Shown in pieces: positions 1 through 6,926 of a stretch of DNA of 36,260 bases. The notes under the pieces were generated by a model. The model did not search any database, was not told the DNA's origin, and was given only the letters and a program-made list of their open reading frames with translations. The stretch's first letter is position 1, and the number at the start of each line of letters is the position of its first letter. The stretch comes from an uncultured Zetaproteobacteria bacterium (GTDB lineage Bacteria > Pseudomonadota > Zetaproteobacteria > Mariprofundales > Mariprofundaceae), in the NCBI GenBank assembly GCA_964449205.1, contig CAYVBG010000001.1, forward strand, positions 1 through 36,260, written 5' to 3'. The translations under genes and the position numbers were made by a program.

Positions 1-708
1 GGTGTCTGAAATGACTGGCGTGCAAAAATCAACCATAAGCTGGCGTTGCAAGAAGTGAATTATCTGCTTGCTGCGCAAATTGCGCACCGGCACCGTTTCG
101 CCCGCGTTGGCTGCGCGCAGCGCCTTGCCCAGGGCCGTCACGCGAACGCCGCCGATGCGGGCGAGGATGACGACCTCGCGACCGCGTTGCACGAGCGGCG
201 GTCGCCGCACCGAAGAAGAGAACACCACCTCTCCCTTGGCGATATCGTGGTTGGCGCGCACGCCCGCGAGTTCCCGCGGATCGCGCCACCAGCGGCCGGC
301 GTGTCCGGCCACATTCGCCCGCGTCACGGTCAACATGGACGGAGCGAGAATGGCGCGGGCCGGAATATCCTCGCGCGCAACGACAGCCTTGGCCCACCAG
401 CGCACGCGCACCGGCACATACCAGCGCCGGACGCGCGGTCCCTTGCCCTGTGTGGCGGTCAGGAACAGCTGTGCCGGATGGCCGCGCAAGGCGGGCAGCG
501 TCCAGCGCAGCGCTCCGCTGGCATCCGGCCAGCGCTGCACATGCACCAGCTCGGCGCGCGCTCCGTCATGCGTCACCCCCCGCGCGAAGAACGCTTGCAG
601 CGACTGCGCCATCGCGGCATCGGCCGCGGACGCGCCCGGAGCCGCGGCCAGCCAGGCAAGCATGGACGCGATCAGCAGTGCGGGCATCCGCGGCGACGTT
701 CGCTCCAT
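1..708 (-). CDS. flgA: Flagellar P-ring assembly chaperone FlgA; 3' end runs off the window, and it is absent from the supplied ORF track because it has no in-window stop
   Basis: My own translation of the minus strand from ATG 708..706 (6 nt after the flgG stop) is continuous to position 1. It starts MERTSPRMPALLIASMLAWLAAAPGASA (signal peptide). It continues ...REVVILARIGGVRVTALGKALRAANAGETVPVRNLRSKQII, which is the SAF-domain / FlgA C-terminal signature. The position after flgG is typical. Confidence 0.8.
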   Translation of the reverse strand, partial: MERTSPRMPALLIASMLAWLAAAPGASAADAAMAQSLQAFFARGVTHDGARAELVHVQRWPDASGALRWTLPALRGHPAQLFLTATQGKGPRVRRWYVPVRVRWWAKAVVAREDIPARAILAPSMLTVTRANVAGHAGRWWRDPRELAGVRANHDIAKGEVVFSSSVRRPPLVQRGREVVILARIGGVRVTALGKALRAANAGETVPVRNLRSKQIIHFLQRQLMVDFCTPVISDT

Positions 709-714
709 CGCGCG

Positions 715-1500
715 CTACCTGCGGATGTTGTTGGCGGCCTGGAGCATTTCATCCGCCGCCTGAATGGCCTTGGAGTTCATCTCATAGGCGCGTTGCGCCG
801 CGATCAGGTTCACCATTTCATCCACGGCGCTGACATTGGATTGCTCCAGCGCGCCCTGCTCGATGGCGCCAATGCCGTTTGAACCCGGCGTGCCGTCAAT
901 CGGCGCGCCGCTGGCCTGGCTTTCCTGGAACAGGCTCTGGCCGATGGCCGTGAGCCCGCCGGGGTTGGGGAAGTCGGTCAGCTGGATTTGTCCCAATGTG
1001 GTGGACACCCCCCCCGGCTGCACGGCGGATACCGTGCCGTCGGCCGAAATGGTGATGGAGAGCGCGTCGTTGGGGATCGTGATCGAGGGTTGCAGCGGGT
1101 AGCCGTCCTGGGTGACGATCTGGCCCAGGCTGTCGATGCTGAAGTTGCCCGCGCGCGTGTAGGCCAGGTCGCCGCTGGGCAGCTGCACCTGGAAGAACCC
1201 CCGCCCCTGGATCGCCATGTCCAGCGGATTCCCCGTCTGCTGGAAGCTGCCTTCGGCGAAGATGCGGCTGACGCCGGCCGTGCGCACGCCCAAGCCCACC
1301 TGGGTGCCGCTGGGCAGTTCGTTGCCGGCGCCGTTTTGCGAGCCGGGGGCCTTGATCTGCTGATACATCAGATCCTGGAAGCTGGCCCGGGCGCGCTTGA
1401 AGCCGGTGGTGTTCACATTGGCCAGGTTGTTGGAAATGACATCCACCTTCAGGGCTTGGGCGGTCATGCCCGTGGCCGCGGTCCAAAGCGATCGCATCAT
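715..1500 (-). CDS. flgG: Flagellar distal rod protein FlgG
   Basis: 261 aa. The N-terminus [35 protein letters not shown] and C-terminus [35 protein letters not shown] are the rod/hook family terminal signatures. Length and position after flgF fit FlgG. Confidence 0.95.
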   Translation of the reverse strand: MMRSLWTAATGMTAQALKVDVISNNLANVNTTGFKRARASFQDLMYQQIKAPGSQNGAGNELPSGTQVGLGVRTAGVSRIFAEGSFQQTGNPLDMAIQGRGFFQVQLPSGDLAYTRAGNFSIDSLGQIVTQDGYPLQPSITIPNDALSITISADGTVSAVQPGGVSTTLGQIQLTDFPNPGGLTAIGQSLFQESQASGAPIDGTPGSNGIGAIEQGALEQSNVSAVDEMVNLIAAQRAYEMNSKAIQAADEMLQAANNIRR

Positions 1501-1538
1501 GTCGGAATCCTCCTTCGATTATGGGTCATCTTGCGCAT

Positions 1539-2282
1539 TCACCCCTGCACGCGGCCCACCTGCTCGGCGAGCAGGCCGGCGACGCGGTTGTATTGCTCGA
1601 TGAGTTTCATCAACCCCTGGCTGTTGCGGGTGATGGTCATCATCTCAACCATGGTCATCACGCTGTTGACGTTGGAGCCGGTGATTTGGCCTTGATGCAC
1701 GGCCGTTTCCGGGCCGGCCGGCGCGGTGTTGTCGCGCGGCGTGGCGATGCGCGCATGGCCGATTCGACGGACTTTTGACGCATCCTGGATCTTCACGATA
1801 CCGAGCTTCGCCACACGCTGCTTGTTGATATATATATTGCCATTGTTGTCGGATGCGATATCGCCGGGCGGCAGGGTGATGGCGGCGCCGGTTTCGTCCA
1901 GCACCGGCTTGCCGTCTGCCGTCAAAAGATTGCCGTTGGCGTCCAGCCGGAAGTTGCCGGCGCGCGTGTAGGCAATCTCGCCTGGCGCGACCTGCACCAT
2001 GAACCATCCGTCTCCGACAATGGCGAAATCCAGCGGGTTGCCGGTGTAGTGCGGCGCGCCCGGCGACAGATCCACGAAGGCTGCACCTTCGGTGGCGTAG
2101 GCGCCGGGGGTGATGCGACGGTTCGAATACAGTGCCAGCTTCTCGGTCAGCGCGGTGCGGAAGGCCAGATGGCTGCCCACGAAGCCGGGCGTGGTTGCAT
2201 TGGCCAGGTTGTGGGCCACCACGTCCATCTTTTTCTGTCCCGCCTGTCCGGCCACGCCGGCGATGAAGAATCCGGTCTGCAT
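1539..2282 (-). CDS. flgF: Flagellar proximal rod protein FlgF
   Basis: 247 aa with rod motif VVAHNLANATTPGF and C-terminal GSNVNSVMTMVEMMTITRNSQGLMKLIEQYN. GAGGAG RBS lies 5 nt before the ATG. Directly upstream of flgG. Confidence 0.9.
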   Translation of the reverse strand: MQTGFFIAGVAGQAGQKKMDVVAHNLANATTPGFVGSHLAFRTALTEKLALYSNRRITPGAYATEGAAFVDLSPGAPHYTGNPLDFAIVGDGWFMVQVAPGEIAYTRAGNFRLDANGNLLTADGKPVLDETGAAITLPPGDIASDNNGNIYINKQRVAKLGIVKIQDASKVRRIGHARIATPRDNTAPAGPETAVHQGQITGSNVNSVMTMVEMMTITRNSQGLMKLIEQYNRVAGLLAEQVGRVQG

Positions 2283-2336
2283 CTCGTCTCCTCACGGTGG
2301 GCTGCCGCAGCTTGCGGCGCGTTCGCTGAAGAGGAA

Positions 2337-2352
2337 CGCAAGAGTGATGCCA
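2337..2352 (-). promoter_or_regulatory. sigma54-type -24/-12 promoter candidate for flgF-flgG-flgA
   Basis: The minus strand reads TGGCAT-CACTC-TTGCG with exact GG-N10-GC spacing. Predicted +1 is near 2326, giving a leader of about 44 nt to the flgF ATG. A sigma54 activator gene lies in the same locus. Confidence 0.6.
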
Positions 2353-2406
2353 GTTTCGCTCCGCGTGCTCATGGGTTGTGTTGTATGGAAATCCGGGCCA
2401 GGCGGT

Positions 2407-2748
2407 TCAGGCGCGGCCGGACGCGGGCGGCATTTTTTGCCGGCCGGAACGGGCCATTTTTTCCGCCAGCCGCGCGTCGGTGGCGTAGAGAAAGGCCAGC
2501 AGTTCCGCCACCAGTTGGTAGGCCTCCTCCGGAATCTCCCTGCCCGGCGGCACGCGGGCCAGCAGGCCGGCCAGTGTGTCGTCTTCGTGGATATGGATGC
2601 GTTCCTGGCGGGCGATCTCAAGGATGCGCCGTGCGATCTCGCCGAAGCCCGCGGCCAGCACCGTGGGCGCGCTGCCGGCGTCGGGGCGGTATTCCAGCGC
2701 CACCGCGACTTCCCGGCCGTGACCGGCCTCCGGGTTTTGGCGGTTCAT
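2407..2748 (-). CDS. Soluble paralog of the FlhB C-terminal (post-NPTH) domain (EscU/YscU/FlhB-C family, YlqH-like)
   Basis: 113 aa from ATG 2748, which overlaps the stop of the upstream ORF as ATGA. By eye it aligns with the FlhB of this window downstream of NPTH: EVAVALEYRPDAGSAPTVLAAGFGEIARRILEIARQERIHIHEDDTLAGLL versus HIAVALAYRPEQGGAPRVLAKGRGRVAEKIRALAREHHIPVRENKPLARSL. It has no TM segments and no NPTH. The 146-aa ORF-track form (start 2847) overlaps the upstream gene and is less likely. Confidence 0.8.
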   Translation of the reverse strand: MNRQNPEAGHGREVAVALEYRPDAGSAPTVLAAGFGEIARRILEIARQERIHIHEDDTLAGLLARVPPGREIPEEAYQLVAELLAFLYATDARLAEKMARSGRQKMPPASGRA

Positions 2749-3554
2749 GCCTTGCGGGTCAGACCGGTTGCGGGCGTGTGCTCCGGCCATGCGTCGAGCA
2801 CCTCGGCGTGCGGGCCGGGCCTGTCGGCGTTTCGCTCGCGCAGCCATGCGGGCAGGGCGCGCCGAAGGTGAGCGCGGCTTGGAGCGTCGGGCGCGTGCAG
2901 CGCCAGCGACCAGTTCGCGGCATGTTCGTCCTTGCCTGTCAGGCGAAACATCACCGCGCCGAGCCGGGGCAGGTCCAGCCGGCCGAGAATGCGGAATCCG
3001 GCGGCGTCCATATCACGCGCCAGCACGCCGCGTGCCTCCCCCTGTTCGTCGCGCAGCGTCAGGTTCCGGCCTTCCGCACGGGCAAGCCACGGCAGCCCGG
3101 CCGGATTCATCGGCCAGTCGGGCATCCGAGGGCCCGGCGCAGGGGAGGCCGGATCCGCATGTGCGGGGGCATGGGATGGCGCGGCGGTGTCCGGTCGGGG
3201 CGAGCCGGGTGATGGGGAGGTGGCGCGCGATCCGGCCGGATGCGACAACATGCGTTCCAGTCGCTGACTCAGCCATTGAAGCGCCTGGTCTGCTGTCCGA
3301 AGCCGGAACCGGGCCGGCATCGCGCGGTCGAGCAGTTGCAGCCAGACGAGGCCGGAGGCGGGAATCGGCACCTCCGGCGACAGCCGGGCGGTCAGGGTCA
3401 TGCCGGGCAGGGACAGCACGGCCCGCCCGTCGCCGGCGCTCTCGATGATGGCGGGCAGCAATGCTCCCTCGGGCCAGGGCAGCCGGGCGGGCGTGCCTCC
3501 GGAGCTGGTTGCGGCCAGGGTGGACGGCGCGACCGGTTCGACCGGGTGCGGCAT
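2745..3554 (-). CDS. Pro-rich hypothetical protein with a FliK C-terminal (Flg_hook)-like segment
   Basis: 269 aa. Residues about 185-245, FRILGRLDLPRLGAVMFRLTGKDEHAANWSLALHAPDAPSRAHLRRALPAWLRE, follow the L-x-L-x-P-x-x-LG-x-V pattern. The bona fide FliK here shows the same pattern (ARLEIRLKPAHLGTVHVSLQ...). The central linker is Pro/Ser/Ala-rich. No Shine-Dalgarno is visible before ATG 3554, so the start is uncertain. Confidence 0.6.
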   Translation of the reverse strand: MPHPVEPVAPSTLAATSSGGTPARLPWPEGALLPAIIESAGDGRAVLSLPGMTLTARLSPEVPIPASGLVWLQLLDRAMPARFRLRTADQALQWLSQRLERMLSHPAGSRATSPSPGSPRPDTAAPSHAPAHADPASPAPGPRMPDWPMNPAGLPWLARAEGRNLTLRDEQGEARGVLARDMDAAGFRILGRLDLPRLGAVMFRLTGKDEHAANWSLALHAPDAPSRAHLRRALPAWLRERNADRPGPHAEVLDAWPEHTPATGLTRKA

Positions 3555-3588
3555 GACGGAGGGCCGACCCGTGATGGATGGCGCGGGA

Positions 3589-4050
3589 TCAGGCGGCGGC
3601 CTGATGCGCGTGCAGCTTCAGCATCAGTCGCACCTTGGCCAGCGGGATCTCTTCGCGCCGTGCAATCTCCTCGGCCTTGCAGCCCTCGCGGTGCAGGCGC
3701 AGCACCCGCGTGATTGGCGCGGTCTGCGCCAGGGAAGAAGCCGGCGCCTCGGCGGTATCCCGGGATGGCGGGGCGTGGCGGAAAGCGTGCCGGGATGTCG
3801 TGGCCCCGGTCTTCGCGTCATGGTTGGATGAGGTGTCGGATTGCGCGGCCTCGAGGCGGCGGATATGCGTCATCACCTGCTCCATGTGGGACAGCGCGGT
3901 ATCGAGCTGTTCTGTGGTGGCCGACAGCAATGCCTCAATCTGTCGCTGCCGGCGCGCGGCCCGTGTCCACATCAGCCACAGCCCGACGATGGCGGCGATC
4001 ATCAGTGTGTCCAGCGCCATGTTCAGTATATCGGCATTCGTGATGTTCAT
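3589..4050 (-). CDS. Small membrane-anchored coiled-coil protein with a C-terminal HTH-like motif (DUF2802-like)
   Basis: 153 aa with N-terminal TM helix LDTLMIAAIVGLWLMW, a central coiled-coil-like region, and C-terminal ITRVLRLHREGCKAEEIARREEIPLAKVRLMLKL. The start ATG 4050 overlaps the fliA stop (ATGA). The family assignment is from memory of DUF2802 proteins in flagellar/chemotaxis loci. Confidence 0.55.
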   Translation of the reverse strand: MNITNADILNMALDTLMIAAIVGLWLMWTRAARRQRQIEALLSATTEQLDTALSHMEQVMTHIRRLEAAQSDTSSNHDAKTGATTSRHAFRHAPPSRDTAEAPASSLAQTAPITRVLRLHREGCKAEEIARREEIPLAKVRLMLKLHAHQAAA

Positions 4051-4793
4051 GATGTGCCTCCATCCAGTCCCATCAGGCCCCGCAGTCGCAGCACCATTTG
4101 GGAATGAATCTGTGAGACGCGGGATTCGGTCAGGCCGAGGACCAGCGCCACTTCCTTCATGTTCAGTTCTTCATAATAGTAGAGTGTCAGCAACACGCGT
4201 TCGCGGGCCGGCAGTCGCTCAATGGCGTCGGCCAGCCGCTCCGCGAACAGGTGCAGCGCGGTGCGCGCTTCGGGCTGGTCGCCGGGGTCGCCCTCCAGGG
4301 TTTCGAGAATGTCCACGTCCTCGACCCCCGGGGGCTTGGGCAGGTCGTCGAAATAGACGACCGTCATGTCCCGCACCTGCTCCAGTCGCTGGCGGTATTC
4401 CTCCAGTGAGAGGCCCAGATGCGCCGCAACCTCGGCGTCCTCGGCCGGACGACCGTAGCGCTGCTCCAGTTCGCGGAACGCCTGCTGCATTTGCCGCGAG
4501 GAATCGCGCAGCGTGCGCGGCATCCAGTCGAACTGGCGCAGGTAGTCGATCATCGCGCCGCGCACCCGGAAGGACACGAAGGTCTTGAACTGCACGTCAC
4601 GTTGCGGATCGAACCGCTGCGCCGCGTCCAGCAGCCCCAGCACGCCCGCGTCGATCAGGTCGTCCGGCTCCACCGAGTCGGGCACGCGCCGGCGCAGCTG
4701 GTCGGCGTGGTAACGGATGAGCGGCAGGTATTCCTCGAGCAGTTGCTCGGCGCTTTTGCGCTCTTCGTGTGCGTCCTGATAGGCTAGGTTCAC
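4047..4793 (-). CDS. fliA: Flagellar sigma factor sigma28 (FliA)
   Basis: Sigma70-family regions are readable: DLIDAGVLGLLDAAQRFDP, FKTFVSFRVRGAMIDYLR, and the region 4 HTH LPARERVLLTLYYYEELNMKEVALVLGLTESRVSQIHSQ. It follows flhF-flhG as expected. I set the start to GTG 4793 (AGGAG 8 nt upstream; GTGA overlap with the stop of the 70-aa ORF). The ORF-track ATG 4979 adds 62 Arg-rich residues that overlap that ORF. Confidence 0.85.
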   Translation of the reverse strand: MNLAYQDAHEERKSAEQLLEEYLPLIRYHADQLRRRVPDSVEPDDLIDAGVLGLLDAAQRFDPQRDVQFKTFVSFRVRGAMIDYLRQFDWMPRTLRDSSRQMQQAFRELEQRYGRPAEDAEVAAHLGLSLEEYRQRLEQVRDMTVVYFDDLPKPPGVEDVDILETLEGDPGDQPEARTALHLFAERLADAIERLPARERVLLTLYYYEELNMKEVALVLGLTESRVSQIHSQMVLRLRGLMGLDGGTS

Positions 4794-5002
4794 AGCCGTC
4801 GCTCCTGTTCGTCGCGGCGATGAGGGTCGGGCAGCAGGTCGTTGAGCCAGGCCAGCAGCGCACCCATCCAGGCGCCACCGCAGGTCAGGATGGCGGCGCG
4901 CCAGGCCGCGTCCACAATATCCAGACGCATCAGCATGGCAATCGCGAAGGCGATGAGAAAACCGATGCTCCCTCCGCAAACCGCGGCCTGTCGCGTGTTC
5001 AT
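4790..5002 (-). CDS. 70-aa predicted two-helix membrane protein, function unknown
   Basis: MNTRQAAVCGGSIGFLIAFAIAMLMRLDIVDAAWRAAILTCGGAWMGALLAWLNDLLPDPHRRDEQERRL contains two hydrophobic helices. A strong GGGAGGA RBS lies 7 nt before the ATG. ATG 5002 overlaps the flhG stop (ATGA) and its own stop overlaps the fliA GTG (GTGA). Third-codon-position G+C is high, as in neighbouring genes. Confidence 0.6.
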   Translation of the reverse strand: MNTRQAAVCGGSIGFLIAFAIAMLMRLDIVDAAWRAAILTCGGAWMGALLAWLNDLLPDPHRRDEQERRL

Positions 5003-5856
5003 GCGGTCATCCTCCCGGGTTCGTCGTCTGCGGCCATTTCGCCGTGCAATGCGTGTTGCCAGAAGAAACGCAGTCCGCCGCCGCGCGCCTCGTCGCGGGG
5101 GTGGTCGAGCACTGCGTCCAGTACGCGTTCCAGCGCCCCGGGCATGGTCGAGCCGGGCATCATCAGCCGCTGGGCCTGAATGGCCCGCCGCACCTCGCCG
5201 GAGACGGGCACATGCCCCATGTAGTCCAGGTGCACGTCCAGGTAGCGGTCGGCGACGGAGAGCAGACGGCGGAACGTGATTTGCGCGTCCAGCTCTTCTG
5301 CCTGATTGACGACCACCATGAAACGGCGCATGTCGCGTTGGCGCGAGAGCACCTTGATCAGCGCGTAGGCATCGGTGAGCGAGGTGGGATCCGGTGTGAG
5401 CACGACATTCGCCGCCTCCGACGCGGACACGAAATACAGCACGTTGTCACCAATGCCGGCCGCGGTGTCGATGACGACCAGATCGTAGCGGGGCGCCAGT
5501 TCGTCCATTTCGTCGAGCAATACGCGTTGCTGTTCGGGCGAGAGGCGGGTCAATCCGTGCAGACCGGAGCCGCCGGGAATGACATCGAATCCACCGGAAG
5601 CCTCTGCCTCGCAGCGCACCAGCACGTCCGCCAGCGGGCGCTCGCCTTCCACCACCTGCTGGATGGAGATGGCGGGCGAGATGCCGAGCATCACATCCAC
5701 GTTGGCCAGCCCCAGATCGGCGTCCATCAGCAACACGCGTTGGCCGCGCTGCGCCGCGCGCGCGGCCAGATGCACAGAAAACATCGTCTTGCCCACGCCG
5801 CCCTTGCCGCTGGTGACGGCCACGACGCGGGGCGGACGGGAGATTTGGGGACTCAT
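4999..5856 (-). CDS. flhG: MinD/ParA-type flagellar number regulator FlhG (FleN)
   Basis: Deviant Walker A VTSGKGGVGKT, then LLMDADLGLANVDV. ATG 5856 forms an ATGA overlap with the flhF stop and has a GGGAGA RBS. The ORF-track start 6147 would overlap flhF by about 295 nt. Confidence 0.9.
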   Translation of the reverse strand: MSPQISRPPRVVAVTSGKGGVGKTMFSVHLAARAAQRGQRVLLMDADLGLANVDVMLGISPAISIQQVVEGERPLADVLVRCEAEASGGFDVIPGGSGLHGLTRLSPEQQRVLLDEMDELAPRYDLVVIDTAAGIGDNVLYFVSASEAANVVLTPDPTSLTDAYALIKVLSRQRDMRRFMVVVNQAEELDAQITFRRLLSVADRYLDVHLDYMGHVPVSGEVRRAIQAQRLMMPGSTMPGALERVLDAVLDHPRDEARGGGLRFFWQHALHGEMAADDEPGRMTA

Positions 5857-6923
5857 GCGCGCATCTCCCGTTCCACGTGACTGGCCAGCAATGTGGTCAA
5901 CGCGCGGGGCGTGAGCAGACCCACGCCCTCGGCGGCGTCCTGACCGTAGCCGCAGCAGCACAGCGCCATGCCGGAGGCGCCGGCCCAATTGACCAGCTTG
6001 CCGATCACGCAGGTTTCGTCCACCTTGGTGAACGCCAACTCGGCGATGTCCAGTTCCCTGGCTGCATCCATCATTCTCATGCCGTCGCTCTCGTCCATGG
6101 TCGCCGGCATCACCAGCCAGCGACGGTCGGGTTTCAGGGCGTCCCACAATGGCCGCTGGCGTTTCAGGCCGGCGCGGCTGGCGGGACTCCAGCCCTCGCT
6201 GTCCACTAGCACCAATCGTGCCGAATCGAGCCGACGCGTGATGTCGGCGGTCTGCGCCCGGTCACGCAATGCCAGCGCGGGCGCGCCGAGCACCTCTGCA
6301 TAGGCGTTCAGCGGTTCCAGCCCGCCCATGCGCTCGGTGTCCGTGCTGACAAAGGCGACCGGCACGCCGCGCAGGCTGTACCAAGTGGCCAGTTTGGCGG
6401 CGAGCAGGGTTTTGCCGCCGCCGGCCGGGCCGGTGAGCAGGATGATCTCGCGTTTGCGCCGGGGACGCGGCTTGCTTCCCCAGGCCAGCAGGTGCGTGGC
6501 CACGGGTGCGCGTTCCGCGAAATCGACGGCCATGTCGGCGGCATGGTCGGGATTGACGCCCAGGCGCACGAGCTGGTCAAAGGCTTGACGCGCGGCATCG
6601 TCCGGCAGACCGGTGCGCAACGCTTGGGCCTCCTGCCGGCTCAGGCCGGAGATCAGTCGCTCCAGCCGCTGCATGGACATCTCGAGCCGTTGCCGTTCGG
6701 ATTCTGTATCGTTTGGCGTGGCAGGGCGCTGCGCCGTTGGGTCTGTCGGCGTGGCCGTGTCGGACGACTCGGCATCCAGCGCCGCGTACACCTGCCAGAG
6801 CGAGTCGCCATCGTCGTGTTGTTTGCGCTGGCGGTCGAGAATCACGGCCTCCGGCCCCAGTTCGCGGCGCACGCGGGCCAGCGCCTCGTGCAGGCGCGGG
6901 GCGGTGAACACGCGCACGCGCAT
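5853..6923 (-). CDS. flhF: SRP-like GTPase FlhF
   Basis: 356 aa with GTPase motifs GPAGGGKT, STDTERMGG, VDSEG and TKVDET. It sits between flhA and flhG. Confidence 0.9.
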   Translation of the reverse strand: MRVRVFTAPRLHEALARVRRELGPEAVILDRQRKQHDDGDSLWQVYAALDAESSDTATPTDPTAQRPATPNDTESERQRLEMSMQRLERLISGLSRQEAQALRTGLPDDAARQAFDQLVRLGVNPDHAADMAVDFAERAPVATHLLAWGSKPRPRRKREIILLTGPAGGGKTLLAAKLATWYSLRGVPVAFVSTDTERMGGLEPLNAYAEVLGAPALALRDRAQTADITRRLDSARLVLVDSEGWSPASRAGLKRQRPLWDALKPDRRWLVMPATMDESDGMRMMDAARELDIAELAFTKVDETCVIGKLVNWAGASGMALCCCGYGQDAAEGVGLLTPRALTTLLASHVEREMRA

Positions 6924-6926
6924 CGG

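Noticed and set aside
29-882. ORF-track entries 29..397 (-), 46..882 (+) and 68..763 (+), plus an apparent frameshift in flgA
   Set aside because: On a first pass I thought flgA shifted frame near 110. Careful re-reading of the reverse complement showed I had inserted a base. The flgA frame (codons phased from 708) is continuous to position 1, so the listed ORFs are off-frame or antisense shadows and there is no pseudogene.
4794-4979. N-terminal 62-aa extension of fliA (ORF-track start 4979), and likewise extended starts for flhG (6147), fliI (31097), fliL (19145), fliQ (11233) and the FlhB-C paralog (2847)
   Set aside because: The extensions overlap the preceding gene in another frame, are Arg-rich, and have no homology-like content. 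In each case an internal start gives an ATGA/GTGA overlap or an RBS, and a family-typical N-terminus.
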